Part shown: positions 1 to 9,557 of the stretch, in pieces
Layout of the letters: every line of letters begins with the position of its first letter
How positions within the stretch are numbered: the first letter of the stretch is position 1
NCBI GenBank assembly: GCA_035289605.1
Contig: DATDWR010000017.1
Span: 29,981 to 93,980, forward strand
DNA from: Candidatus Nanoarchaeia archaeon
GTDB lineage: Archaea > Nanobdellota > Nanobdellia > SCGC-AAA011-G17 > GW2011-AR18
DNA length: 64,000 bases
Reading direction: 5' to 3'
Notes under the pieces: generated by a model
The model's input: the letters and a program-made list of their open reading frames with translations, nothing else
Told to the model about the DNA's origin: nothing
Database searches by the model: none
Made by a program: the position numbers and the translations under genes

Positions 1-3
1 CTA

Positions 4-1197
4 TTGCTGAAAAACAAAGTACTATTCTTTGAAGTAGATAAAAATTTAAAACCAAAATGGAGCGAAAAAAACTATTTACCAATATTTATCCCAAATATCT
101 ACAAATCTCATGGCAATGGAAAGACAATAGCAATTTTCAGAGATCCAGAAAACAACACAGAATATCCAGCAATACAACAAAGCGGAAACAAGACAATATT
201 TAACTTTGACCCAAAAGAAACAGAGGAAGCACTAACTTATGAAAGTTATGTAAAAAAACATGTGCCTTTACAGTCAAAACTGCCTTTTCATTATCATAAA
301 ATACCCTTCAGGTTTTATGTTGGAAAAATCCAGAGCAAGATATATTCTCTAATAAAAAAAGAAAAATTATTTCCCTCCTGGCCTTATGAATCTTCTGTAG
401 AATTCCTAAGATATGCATACTCAAAGTGCAAAAGAGAAAAAAACAAACTAGAAAATGCATGGGGAAACAAGAAAATATGCCTTGTACTAACACATGACGT
501 GGACACAGGAGAAGGGCTGAAAAATGTAAGAAAATTCGTAAAACTAGAAGAAAAGTATAATTTGAACGTAACATGGTTTTTTGTTCCTAAATACTATAAA
601 CACGATCATGAATTGCTTTCTTACTTGAAAGACAAAGGCAATGAAATAGGATGCCATGATTATAACCACGACGGAAAACTGCCTTACCTAAACGAAGCAG
701 AAATAAGAAAAAAATTAGATGAATGCAAAGGACTAATAAAAAAATATGACATGAAAGGATTCAGGTCAGCATCAATGCTCAGCTCTGAAAATCTTGACAA
801 AATACTTCCAGAATATTTCTCATATGAAAGCACTTACGCTGACACAGAACTTGTAAGCCCAGACGCAAACAACAGAGGGGTATGCACAGTCTTTCCTTAC
901 TACAAAAAAGGATTTCTACAGATACCGCACACACTGCCTATGGACTCAAGCTTATTATTCTTGGACTACAAATCAAAAGAAATACTTTCAGCATGGATTG
1001 AAAAAATAAAATACATAAAAAAAATAGGCGGACTTGCAATGCTAGACACGCATGCAGAACCACACTTCAGCGGACAGGAAAAAATGCTTGCTGCTTACGA
1101 GGAATTCCTAAACTATATAAACTCAGAAAGAAAAAATATGTGGATAACAAACTTAAATAGTTTAGCAGACTACTGGAAGAAAAAATTCAAAGATTAA
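4..1197 (+). CDS. Polysaccharide deacetylase-like (CE4/NodB-type) protein, probably 5'-truncated by the window edge
   Basis: 397-aa ORF open to the window start. 'LVLTHDVDT' and 'GCHDYNHD' resemble the Asp-Asp and H-x3-H metal motifs of NodB-type deacetylases. Confidence 0.5.
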   Translation: MLKNKVLFFEVDKNLKPKWSEKNYLPIFIPNIYKSHGNGKTIAIFRDPENNTEYPAIQQSGNKTIFNFDPKETEEALTYESYVKKHVPLQSKLPFHYHKIPFRFYVGKIQSKIYSLIKKEKLFPSWPYESSVEFLRYAYSKCKREKNKLENAWGNKKICLVLTHDVDTGEGLKNVRKFVKLEEKYNLNVTWFFVPKYYKHDHELLSYLKDKGNEIGCHDYNHDGKLPYLNEAEIRKKLDECKGLIKKYDMKGFRSASMLSSENLDKILPEYFSYESTYADTELVSPDANNRGVCTVFPYYKKGFLQIPHTLPMDSSLLFLDYKSKEILSAWIEKIKYIKKIGGLAMLDTHAEPHFSGQEKMLAAYEEFLNYINSERKNMWITNLNSLADYWKKKFKD

Positions 1198-1947
1198 CTA
1201 ACCATCATCAGTGGCACTATATGTTAATAATTTTCTATGACCTGGAGGAAGGCTTGCAAGGTATCTTGTATCCCTTCTATCGCCATGTTGTCTAGCAGGA
1301 TTTCCATAAACAACAGCATAGTCAGGAACATCCTTTGTTACAACACTTCCTGCACCAACAAGCGCATGAACCCCAATATTTACACCTCCAAGAATAATAA
1401 CACCCCCTCCAATTGTAGCATAATCTCTAATAGTTACAGGTTTTGTCAATGTCATAGGATCAATACCTTCAAGCCTTGTCAATGCAGAAGGATTTGCATC
1501 AGTCAAGAAAAGAACACCAGAACCTATAAATACATAATTTCCTATACAAACACTTTCACCAAATGTTATTCTTGACTGAAGATGACAATTCTCGCCTATT
1601 AAAACATCAGGCTTTATCTGAGTGTACCTTCTCACTACAGTGTTCTCTCCAATTGATACAGGATGGCCAGCTTTAGCACGAAAATTACAATAGTCTCCAA
1701 TGTCGCTATCATCAGCAAGCCTAACACCACCTTCCATTATAACGTGATCGCCTATTTTACAACGATCTCCAATTTCAACACCAGGCTTTAACTGAGTATA
1801 GCTTCCTACAACAGAGTTTCTACCAACGACAACGAGCATATCTGGAGTGCCATGCAATTGAGAACAAACTAATATCCTACTGCCTTCCTTTAACTCAACA
1901 TTTTCTCCAACAATTGTATACATACCAACTTCATGCTCTAAACCCAT
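1198..1947 (-). CDS. Hexapeptide-repeat (left-handed beta-helix) acyltransferase
   Basis: Repeated [LIV]G-x4 hexapeptides (IGDHVIMEGGV, IGENTVV, IGGGVIILGGVNIGVHALVGAGSVV) ending in 'VVYGNPAR', typical of LbH acetyltransferases. Confidence 0.7.
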   Translation of the reverse strand: MGLEHEVGMYTIVGENVELKEGSRILVCSQLHGTPDMLVVVGRNSVVGSYTQLKPGVEIGDRCKIGDHVIMEGGVRLADDSDIGDYCNFRAKAGHPVSIGENTVVRRYTQIKPDVLIGENCHLQSRITFGESVCIGNYVFIGSGVLFLTDANPSALTRLEGIDPMTLTKPVTIRDYATIGGGVIILGGVNIGVHALVGAGSVVTKDVPDYAVVYGNPARQHGDRRDTRYLASLPPGHRKLLTYSATDDG

Positions 1948-1999
1948 CTTTAATTATAAAAGTGAAAAATATATAAGAATTACTATAGACTCTATATTC

Positions 2000-2578
2000 A
2001 TGAAATCTGCAAGCTTAATAGGAAAAACTAAAGAAGGTTTATATTTAATACAGGCTAGAACAGTCTACAATCCAAAATTAGAGCCAGGAAAATACCCGTT
2101 TACATTTCCAGGAGCATGCTCATTATTTGGAGGCGACTTAGAAGAAAATGAAGATTACGCTGAAGGATTCAAAAGAGAAATTAACGAAGAACTACCAGGA
2201 CTAAAAATAGGAGAAATGAAACATAAGGTATACAAATGGAAAGAGCATCTTGATGAAGTTTACAACAGATTAAATAAGGCATTTCACGGGAATCTTCCAG
2301 CATTCCTAGGATTCCAACTGAATGAAAAAATACCTCAAGAAGCACTAGGAAAAAACAGAGGCAAAGAACTAACTTACAGAGAATGGATAGAAGAACATGA
2401 AGAAGACAATTATTTCATATCAACAATAAATATTGAAGAATTGAAAAGAATAAAATTAAACGAGGGAAGAAAAATATTATTGTTGCCTGCAGAAGCAGTG
2501 ATGTCTATTATAATGGTGCCCACGGATAAGTTAACGATACTTGATGAGATTGCGAATTCTGGTAGGATAGATTTATAA
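2000..2578 (+). CDS. Nudix hydrolase
   Basis: 'GGDLEENEDYAEGFKREINEELPG' fits the Nudix box G-x5-E-x7-REUxEExGU. Confidence 0.7.
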   Translation: MKSASLIGKTKEGLYLIQARTVYNPKLEPGKYPFTFPGACSLFGGDLEENEDYAEGFKREINEELPGLKIGEMKHKVYKWKEHLDEVYNRLNKAFHGNLPAFLGFQLNEKIPQEALGKNRGKELTYREWIEEHEEDNYFISTINIEELKRIKLNEGRKILLLPAEAVMSIIMVPTDKLTILDEIANSGRIDL

Positions 2579-2667
2579 TCTTTTCTGAATTCTAAAGTCT
2601 ATGCCAACACAAAAAGAATTAACAGCAAGACTTGAATATAAAAAACCAATTAATGTTGATGTTTTAA

Positions 2668-2976
2668 ATGATACTGTTACAATTCATAGGTGTCACTATT
2701 CAAGACGTTGATTTAGAGACTCAAACATACATAGGATGTGTTATATATTTAGATCATGTTGAATTCGCCAGAGCAACACTATTATGGGAAGCAAAACCGT
2801 CTGATAAACACATATATGAAGTTGATAAAAAAAGATATAGTATGCAAGTTGAAGCGACAGAAGATGTTTTAGGTGCTAAAGTATTTAGCTCACGTTCTGA
2901 ATTGAATGATGAAATAATAAGACAGGTAGTTCGTACGATTGCTGAATTTAATCCTGATTTACCTCAAGCAACATAA
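2668..2976 (+). CDS. Hypothetical protein
   Basis: 102-aa ORF in an otherwise empty gap. No recognisable motif. Confidence 0.3.
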   Translation: MILLQFIGVTIQDVDLETQTYIGCVIYLDHVEFARATLLWEAKPSDKHIYEVDKKRYSMQVEATEDVLGAKVFSSRSELNDEIIRQVVRTIAEFNPDLPQAT

Positions 2977-2984
2977 TATTTATT

Positions 2985-4010
2985 TCAAATCATAGCCTTA
3001 ACAGCAGCCTTCTCAGGGTAAGTCATCATGTCCTGGAAGCTGAAGCAATTAATCCAACACTTAGGGCACTGCTTTTTCTTTACTTTTTCTCTTTCCTTCT
3101 GCGCAATTTCACCATACCAAATATCCTTAAAGCTTTTAGACTTCAAATTTCCCCAAGAAGGCATAGAAAAGCAAGGATAAACCTCTCCTTCAGTTGAAAC
3201 GTAGCAAGAACTAAAGCCTGCAGTGCAAGGAATCATCATGTCTTTTTTTCTTAAGTACTTAGAAGCAATCCTCAAATGCATCTTCTCAAAAATATCATGC
3301 TTTTTCCTCAACTCAAAATTATCTCCAAGATAATCAAACAATTTTGCAGCTTCCTCACCTTCCAAAGGCTTAATCTTATCTTCATTGCTGTAATAAGTCT
3401 CGCTAGTCTGAGTAAAAGTCAAAACACCAATATCATCCTTGAACTGCTGATAAAAATCCTTGAATACAGGAAAATTTTCCTTATGAACAGTAGCCTGATA
3501 ACGAACATCAACATCAATATCCTTCAAAGCCTTGAAAGTGGCTAAAGCACGATCATAGCCGTCTTTTGTACCACGAATCAAATTATGAACATCCCTAGGA
3601 CCATCAAGGCTTATAGTAATATGAACCTCCAAACCAGTATCAATCAAAGCCTTAGTTTTTTTAATAATTTGATCTGTCCAGAAACCATTAGTTGGAATGC
3701 TCAAAAATTTTAGGTCAGGACAATGCTTAACAGCCAACTTGACAATTTCGTCAATATCAATCCTTGTAAAAGGCTCCCCGCCAGTAACGCTGAGCCACAT
3801 AAGATTTTTATTATCCTTGAATAAATTTTCATAATCTTGTAATGTTAAAAATTGCTTGTTAGGAGTACTCCATATACTACAGTTCAAGCATTTGTTATTA
3901 CATACTTTTGTAATTTCAACCAATAACTTCCAAGGAAGAGGCTGCTCAAAACCCCAATCTCTAGCCAACCTAGTATGAGTTACTTTTTTCATCAATTTTG
4001 CGTATTCCAT
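2985..4010 (-). CDS. Radical SAM enzyme with C-terminal SPASM/twitch-like Cys cluster
   Basis: 'CNNKCLNC' is the CX3CX2C 4Fe-4S/SAM motif and 'GGEPF' the SAM-binding motif. C-terminal 'CYVSTEGEVYPC' and 'CPKCWINC' are auxiliary-cluster motifs. Confidence 0.85.
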   Translation of the reverse strand: MEYAKLMKKVTHTRLARDWGFEQPLPWKLLVEITKVCNNKCLNCSIWSTPNKQFLTLQDYENLFKDNKNLMWLSVTGGEPFTRIDIDEIVKLAVKHCPDLKFLSIPTNGFWTDQIIKKTKALIDTGLEVHITISLDGPRDVHNLIRGTKDGYDRALATFKALKDIDVDVRYQATVHKENFPVFKDFYQQFKDDIGVLTFTQTSETYYSNEDKIKPLEGEEAAKLFDYLGDNFELRKKHDIFEKMHLRIASKYLRKKDMMIPCTAGFSSCYVSTEGEVYPCFSMPSWGNLKSKSFKDIWYGEIAQKEREKVKKKQCPKCWINCFSFQDMMTYPEKAAVKAMI

Positions 4011-4068
4011 TGTTGTCTATTGTTAACTATTAAGAAATTCCTGTGGTTTTTATATTTAACTATTTAAT

Positions 4069-6108
4069 TTAAAATCTTTTTGGTAGTTTAAAAGTAAACA
4101 GCAATATAACAATTAGAAGAGCGAAAACACTAACAATAACATGAGGCAACTTAACAGAATCATAAACAAAATTTAATTCATAATCTCCTTTAGGAAGAAC
4201 AAAAGAAATTAAATCATATTCATTAGGAGCAAGAACTAATTCTCGATCATCAACAAAGGCCTTCCAGTAAGGATGATAAGCAACTTTTAACGCTGCTTTA
4301 TTATCTTCAAGATTATTCTTTATTTTAACATCAATATTCTGAGCATCAAACTCTTTTATATCATATTCTATTTTTTTGTCATAAGACAGCCATTCTGGAG
4401 AATAGTTCAAGAACTCAAAGACAATATAGTCTTGGCTTCTGTAAACAACTTTAAAATTTTTGGAGCTTGACAGCCTGTTTTTTAATTTCTGCTCAACAGC
4501 AACAACATGCTTAATATTGTAAGCTTTCAGATTATTCACTAACTCTTCTTCACTTATAGATCCTGATTCAATTCCAAATATCTTACTGTTTTCTGTGTCA
4601 AACTTCTTTTCAATAGGAAAAACAGTAGTGTACCAGCTGCCGACAAAATGAAGCCCTGTATAATGATTAGCTACACTTGGCATTATACTATGAAATGTTA
4701 TCAAAGGCTCTTCTATATTCCTGTATGTATTCTGATTGAAAATCCTAGAATTATCCTGATTAATATTATTCTTTAACCAACTCCACAAATCTAAAGTTTC
4801 CTGAAATATTTTAGTTGTTCCTGAAGTTGAAGTATAATCTTTTGGAGCATTGTAAACACCGAGCACCAAGCTGAAAGATAATACAGCAATGAATAGATAC
4901 AATAAAATTTTTTTATATTCAAAATTCAAAAATGACTTTTTATTATCCCAAAACTTCTTCATACCATAACAGCTGAAAATCAACAAACCAACCTTGGAAG
5001 CGTAAACGAGCCTGTAGCTTAACATGGCACCAAAAAAAGGAATATCCCTTCCAAATGAGAATAAAAACCAAAAACCTGTTCCTAAAAATAAACTAATCAA
5101 TATAAATAAAAACGTCAAATCCAGCAAACTCTTGCTTTCATCTTTCTTTCTGAAGTAATAATACAAGCCATAAAAGAAAAATAGATCAGCAGCAAGCATT
5201 GGAAGATTATAAACTATGCTAGAAAATAACAGCGAGGCAGACTCCAAATAGTTTCCAGCAAGGAAAGGGCTTATAGCAACAAGATGAGGCTTTAATGAAA
5301 GAAACATACCAACTAATGTGTACAATATTTCAAAAACATTGCTTCCAAGACCCCAACCATACTCAGTCTGGTAAAAGCCAAGAGTATCAAAATAAGGATA
5401 GAGGTAAAACCAGCTAAGAAGCAAACCAAAAACAATAATCAAAAAATGACAAGAAATATTCCTAAAATTATTCTTCTTGAACTTTATAATGTGAAGCAAA
5501 GCAGAAGAAGCAACAACATAAGCAGCAATTACAGCAACAAAAGGATGAGAAAGAACTATCAAAGAGAATATCAAGCCCAAAACAGCAATCTTGCGAACAT
5601 TAAAATTATTAGAGTACTTAACAAGCAAATAAATCAGTAAAATTAGAAAAGCCAAGCCAAAAGCATGACTCCACATGCCTCCAAGAAATAATTTTATGTG
5701 ATCTCTTTGAAACATGAAAAAAGAAGAAACTAAAAGTGATGGCCAAAACCTAAATCTCTTATTCAAAATAAAATACAAAGCCAAAGAAACAGACAAAGCA
5801 GCAAGCAACAGCCCAATTTTGTAGGCTGTAAAAATATTAACACCTAGATAGTAAATCAATACTACTACCCAAATACCAAACTGGTAAGAATACATCTGCA
5901 TAGGCATTCCAGCAAACTCATAAGGATACCAGCCATTAATCCACTTATATTCTGGAATTATTACATCAGCTAGATATTCAGCCTCCACCATGTGAACAGG
6001 ACTGTCAGATTTTACAAGAAAACCTTCATTAAGAAACATATCTCTAAATACAAACAGGCTTACAATCAATAAGATTATACATGCGAAAATATGCTTGAGG
6101 TACTTCAT
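4069..6108 (-). CDS. Large polytopic membrane protein with C-terminal soluble domain (GT-C-like architecture, function unknown)
   Basis: 679 aa with roughly 12-13 hydrophobic helices followed by a ~250-aa hydrophilic domain and a terminal TM. No WWDYG motif, so not called AglB. Confidence 0.55.
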   Translation of the reverse strand: MKYLKHIFACIILLIVSLFVFRDMFLNEGFLVKSDSPVHMVEAEYLADVIIPEYKWINGWYPYEFAGMPMQMYSYQFGIWVVVLIYYLGVNIFTAYKIGLLLAALSVSLALYFILNKRFRFWPSLLVSSFFMFQRDHIKLFLGGMWSHAFGLAFLILLIYLLVKYSNNFNVRKIAVLGLIFSLIVLSHPFVAVIAAYVVASSALLHIIKFKKNNFRNISCHFLIIVFGLLLSWFYLYPYFDTLGFYQTEYGWGLGSNVFEILYTLVGMFLSLKPHLVAISPFLAGNYLESASLLFSSIVYNLPMLAADLFFFYGLYYYFRKKDESKSLLDLTFLFILISLFLGTGFWFLFSFGRDIPFFGAMLSYRLVYASKVGLLIFSCYGMKKFWDNKKSFLNFEYKKILLYLFIAVLSFSLVLGVYNAPKDYTSTSGTTKIFQETLDLWSWLKNNINQDNSRIFNQNTYRNIEEPLITFHSIMPSVANHYTGLHFVGSWYTTVFPIEKKFDTENSKIFGIESGSISEEELVNNLKAYNIKHVVAVEQKLKNRLSSSKNFKVVYRSQDYIVFEFLNYSPEWLSYDKKIEYDIKEFDAQNIDVKIKNNLEDNKAALKVAYHPYWKAFVDDRELVLAPNEYDLISFVLPKGDYELNFVYDSVKLPHVIVSVFALLIVILLFTFKLPKRF

Positions 6109-6161
6109 AAAAGAGCAAAATTCAAATTCTTTATAAAACTTCTCTCAACAAATAATTAATT

Positions 6162-6488
6162 TTACTTTCTTTTAAGAGCTTTTGTTTTTTTCACTCTTCC
6201 TTCCAAGGATTGCGGATCAGGAATATAAAAATCGCATCCCCCTTCATTAATACCACCAATAATTGAAGAATCTGAAGGTAGACGTGTTACTGGATCGCCA
6301 GAATCATAATATGCAGATAAATCAGTAATTCTGATAACTTGAAAAAGATCTACACACAAATACTAATCTCCAACTTTCGGTTCCCATTTTTTCTGAACAT
6401 GATCATTTTCCATACAGTCGGCAATATATTGTGTTGTTAACCATCTCGGGGGTCGCCCAGGATTCCCCAATGCTCTTAAGTCTAACAT
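6162..6488 (-). pseudogene. Small ORF interrupted by one in-frame TAG (41 codons, TAG, 66 codons); either a pseudogene or two micro-ORFs
   Basis: ATG at 6488 opens a frame that hits TAG at 6365-6363. The same frame then continues into the track ORF 6162..6359, which needs a TTG start. Confidence 0.35.
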
Positions 6489-6707
6489 TTACCTTAGAAG
6501 ATCAGGAGTTGGTTTCATTGCAAAAATTCATAGATTATTCTTAATAACAATTTCCATACTAAATAAGTTATTTCAGGATATATGATAATTATTGTTATTG
6601 CATTAATTGTTTGGGCTGTTGTTGTGTGGTTGTTACAATTGTAACCTTATAGTAGTAAAAATAGAAAGCTTTATAAATAATGAATACTTCCGATATTATA
6701 AGTAAAA

Positions 6708-7175
6708 ATGGTAAATTTAAAAAAATATATTATGGCAGGGTCAGCAGCTTTAGCTATTGCTAACTGTAGTTTTGGCAGTAATGAAGGTATAAATTTAGAA
6801 TCAGGAGCTAAAACAGAGCAAGGCAGGTGTTTAAAACCAAGAGAATTCTACCAGAGCGTGAAAGAGGGAGATAGAGTTTGTCTAGATGGTGAGCTGAATG
6901 CTATGAGCGGAATACGTGATCCTTATAATCCTGAGGTTTATATAAGAGATAATAATGGAGAGATTGTTGGAGTTAGTATAGACATAACTGTTTATGATAT
7001 GTTAAGAGATATGATGGCCAAGCATATAGCAAAAGTTCCTGGCAGTGCCAGTCCGTTAAAAAGGCAGGTAAGAGTTACTGGAACTGTTTATAGTGATGAA
7101 AGATTTGACAAGCGCAGATTGAGAGTAGGCAATTCTTCACTTGAATTTTTAGCAGATTTAGCAGAAAAACAATAA
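6708..7175 (+). CDS. Putative secreted protein or lipoprotein
   Basis: N-terminal 'AGSAALAIANCSFG' is a hydrophobic signal with a lipobox-like Cys. TATA-like 'CTTTATAAATA' lies about 30 nt upstream. Confidence 0.45.
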   Translation: MVNLKKYIMAGSAALAIANCSFGSNEGINLESGAKTEQGRCLKPREFYQSVKEGDRVCLDGELNAMSGIRDPYNPEVYIRDNNGEIVGVSIDITVYDMLRDMMAKHIAKVPGSASPLKRQVRVTGTVYSDERFDKRRLRVGNSSLEFLADLAEKQ

Positions 7176-7177
7176 TT

Positions 7178-9430
7178 TTACTTTTTATTAAAAGCTCCAG
7201 GACCTGGGTCTGGTCCAGCTTTGGCAGGTTTTCTTTGCATTTCCACAGAAACTTCAAAATTACATCCTCTTCCTTCCTGTCCAGGATTTCCTCTTGTTGT
7301 TATTTCCTTGCACATTTGGGCATTAACATCACTAATTTCTTTATTAACTGCCATTGTCAAGCAAAGCTTATCAGAGCCTTCTGGCCGCGGGTATATTATT
7401 TTCTCAGTAACACCAACCTTGTTAGTTGTTAAAGGCTTAGAAGATCCCAAGCCTGCTGGTTTGCTGCCATAAACTGATGTAGAGGTAATGCATTTCATTC
7501 TTGTCAATAATCTTTTTTCAGATGCAGAGCAAGGATTACCACTATCATCCCCAGGCCTACCAGATCCTTCTACTTTCCTATTTTCTTCTTTGCCTTTATC
7601 TTTTTCTTCATCTTGAGATTCTGCTTTCTCACATTTTCCCTTTACACATTTTCCACCACCACAATCACCATCTGTATCGCATGATTTAGGTAGCATTCTA
7701 CTTTCTTCCTCAGCTTTCTTCTTCTTCTCTTCTTCTTGTTGCTTTTCTTCTTCCTTTCTCAACCTTTCTCGCTCTTCTTCAGGTACATCAAAAACACAGC
7801 CAGCGCCTACGCATGATTCAGGATAATTGTTTGTTTCATCTAAAATAACTTGAAACTCTTCATCATTGCAACCCATACAATATTCAATTCCATCAGTGCC
7901 AATAAAATAATATGGAGTACCATCACTTATTTTTATTCCATTATTATCATAAACACATTGACCGCTATTACATGCCTCAAGATGGGGGGATTCTACTGTT
8001 TTAGAGCCTCCTTCGGTTGTTGAAGTTCCTGGTTCTTTTCTGCCACTTTCTCGATTTGAAACTTTTATTATTCCATCTTTAGATCTGCTAAAGCATATTC
8101 CAATACCGCACATCTTTTCCCCAGGCTTTAGCATTGCTGGATTCTTTGACCAAAAATCTTGAGAGCCTCCTTCTGCTATCAAGCACCTTTCATCAGGATT
8201 TTTTCCTCCAACTAAAAATCCAAACTCTTTATTTTCCTCATCAACTTCCGGATCTGAAAAGCATTGTATAGTTGCAAGATTTTTATTTCCTTGACCAGAT
8301 CTTTTTGCTAATTCTTTTAATGGGTCTGACAATTCACATCTGTCGGCATTCTTTCCTATACTTGATAGAAAATCCTCCAGCTTGCCCCTGCCCTTACTAA
8401 GTTTACTTTTTTTCTTCTTATCTTTTGTCTCTTTTCCTCCTAAAATTTCACATAGCTTTTCAGCAGAACTGCCTGCAGTTTGTCCATTTGAGAGTAAGGT
8501 ATTAGGATCTAGTAAAGAAGATGTAGGCTGCAGTAGATTTTGTTTGTTTGAAATAAATGCAGTTTCTACAAATGTAGCTCCCAGCTGATCTGCAGGCTTC
8601 AAGCCAAATGACTTATATGCCTGCTCTTTTGCTTTAGTATCACCTGCCAACAATTCACCAGGATCACAAACTAAACCCCTAGAACATATAAATGCCTGCT
8701 TTGCAGTTTCTATTATCTTGCAAAATCCCAAGCCCAGAAGATCTTTATTAAAAAAATTCTTTAGATCATCAAAAACAGGACTACATTTAATAGTAACATC
8801 AGAAACACATAACTGAGTAAACCTCTCTAATTCTATGCTATTATAATCTGGCAAAAACAGCCCAACTTTATTTGAAAATCCCTGCTTCATTTCATTAAAT
8901 GATTTAGGATCAGCAAACCTTCTTGAGAATTCCTTATACAGCTCGCTGTTTTTAGACGGACTTTCTATTAGGTCTATCAAGTTAAGGGCAGGATTCAAAA
9001 CAGCAGCAGCTTCTTTATTGCTCAGGCCTTTAACATAAACAGCCATCTGCTTATCAAGCTCCTTAGCCTGATTTTCACTTAAACAACTCAGACCACTCTG
9101 CCATTTCGCCATAGCATTCAAGGCATTGTTCGGATCTTTTTTCTGCATGGCATTTTTGTACATAGTTATTATCTGCCTTGCTTTAAACTCTTTACAAACA
9201 CCTATGTCTTTTAATCCAATAACTTTTGAGACTATGTTCTTCGGAATAACATTGATACTTGACTTTACTGGCTGTGATGCATCTTGAGCAAATGCTTTTT
9301 TAGACAGTTTAGAAGAAATAGCAAATCCGGAAACTTCAATATTCTTCTCTATGTAAAAAAATGATAAACCTAATAATATAACTATGGATAAAACTATTAT
9401 GACAATCAATGATATCTGACATTTTTTCAC
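7178..9430 (-). CDS. Large secreted or anchored Cys-rich protein with an acidic/basic low-complexity segment
   Basis: 750 aa. N-terminal TM 'ISLIVIIVLSIVILLGLSFFYI', many Cys pairs ('CDTDGDCGGGKCVKGKCEK') and a charged tract 'EEERERLRKEEEKQQEEEKKKKAEEE'. Confidence 0.6.
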   Translation of the reverse strand: MKKCQISLIVIIVLSIVILLGLSFFYIEKNIEVSGFAISSKLSKKAFAQDASQPVKSSINVIPKNIVSKVIGLKDIGVCKEFKARQIITMYKNAMQKKDPNNALNAMAKWQSGLSCLSENQAKELDKQMAVYVKGLSNKEAAAVLNPALNLIDLIESPSKNSELYKEFSRRFADPKSFNEMKQGFSNKVGLFLPDYNSIELERFTQLCVSDVTIKCSPVFDDLKNFFNKDLLGLGFCKIIETAKQAFICSRGLVCDPGELLAGDTKAKEQAYKSFGLKPADQLGATFVETAFISNKQNLLQPTSSLLDPNTLLSNGQTAGSSAEKLCEILGGKETKDKKKKSKLSKGRGKLEDFLSSIGKNADRCELSDPLKELAKRSGQGNKNLATIQCFSDPEVDEENKEFGFLVGGKNPDERCLIAEGGSQDFWSKNPAMLKPGEKMCGIGICFSRSKDGIIKVSNRESGRKEPGTSTTEGGSKTVESPHLEACNSGQCVYDNNGIKISDGTPYYFIGTDGIEYCMGCNDEEFQVILDETNNYPESCVGAGCVFDVPEEERERLRKEEEKQQEEEKKKKAEEESRMLPKSCDTDGDCGGGKCVKGKCEKAESQDEEKDKGKEENRKVEGSGRPGDDSGNPCSASEKRLLTRMKCITSTSVYGSKPAGLGSSKPLTTNKVGVTEKIIYPRPEGSDKLCLTMAVNKEISDVNAQMCKEITTRGNPGQEGRGCNFEVSVEMQRKPAKAGPDPGPGAFNKK

Positions 9431-9557
9431 ATGGTTTTTAGGTTTATATATATTTAAAGTTTTTTATAACGCGAACCTTACTCACTTATTTTCTGATAAG
9501 CACATAAATTTTTTTCTAAATATTCTTTGGATATCCTTCAGAAAGATTTTTAATACT

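Noticed and set aside
2601-2711. 36-codon ORF (MPTQKELTARLEYKKPINVDVLNDTVTIHRCHYSRR) overlapping the start of ORF 2668-2976 in another frame; considered as a frameshifted N-terminus
   Set aside because: There is no slippery sequence or homology evidence. ORF 2668 has its own ATG, so this was left as an unannotated possibility.
2985-4010. The radical SAM/SPASM enzyme as an anaerobic sulfatase-maturating enzyme for the sulfatase-like ORF at 29338
   Set aside because: The sulfatase-like domain lacks a C/S-x-P/A-x-R target motif (it reads GCTYAPYT). The genes are also 25 kb apart.
4069-6108. The 679-aa polytopic protein as the missing AglB/STT3 oligosaccharyltransferase
   Set aside because: The architecture is compatible, with many TMs plus a C-terminal soluble domain. 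However, no WWDYG-type motif or DK/MI motif is visible, so it was kept as a GT-C-like protein of unknown function.
6363-6365. Genome-wide TAG reassignment (e.g. pyrrolysine or sense recoding) as the explanation for the in-frame TAG
   Set aside because: TAG terminates well-supported genes in this same window at their expected ends, for example dnaJ at 50456-50458, the methyltransferase at 22452-22454 and the hexapeptide acyltransferase at 1198-1200.
6632-6645. Perfect 14-bp palindrome GTTACAATTGTAAC in the divergent spacer 6489-6707
   Set aside because: It is short and AT-rich, so a chance occurrence is plausible. No adjacent DNA-binding protein gene links to it. It is noted but not promoted to a finding.
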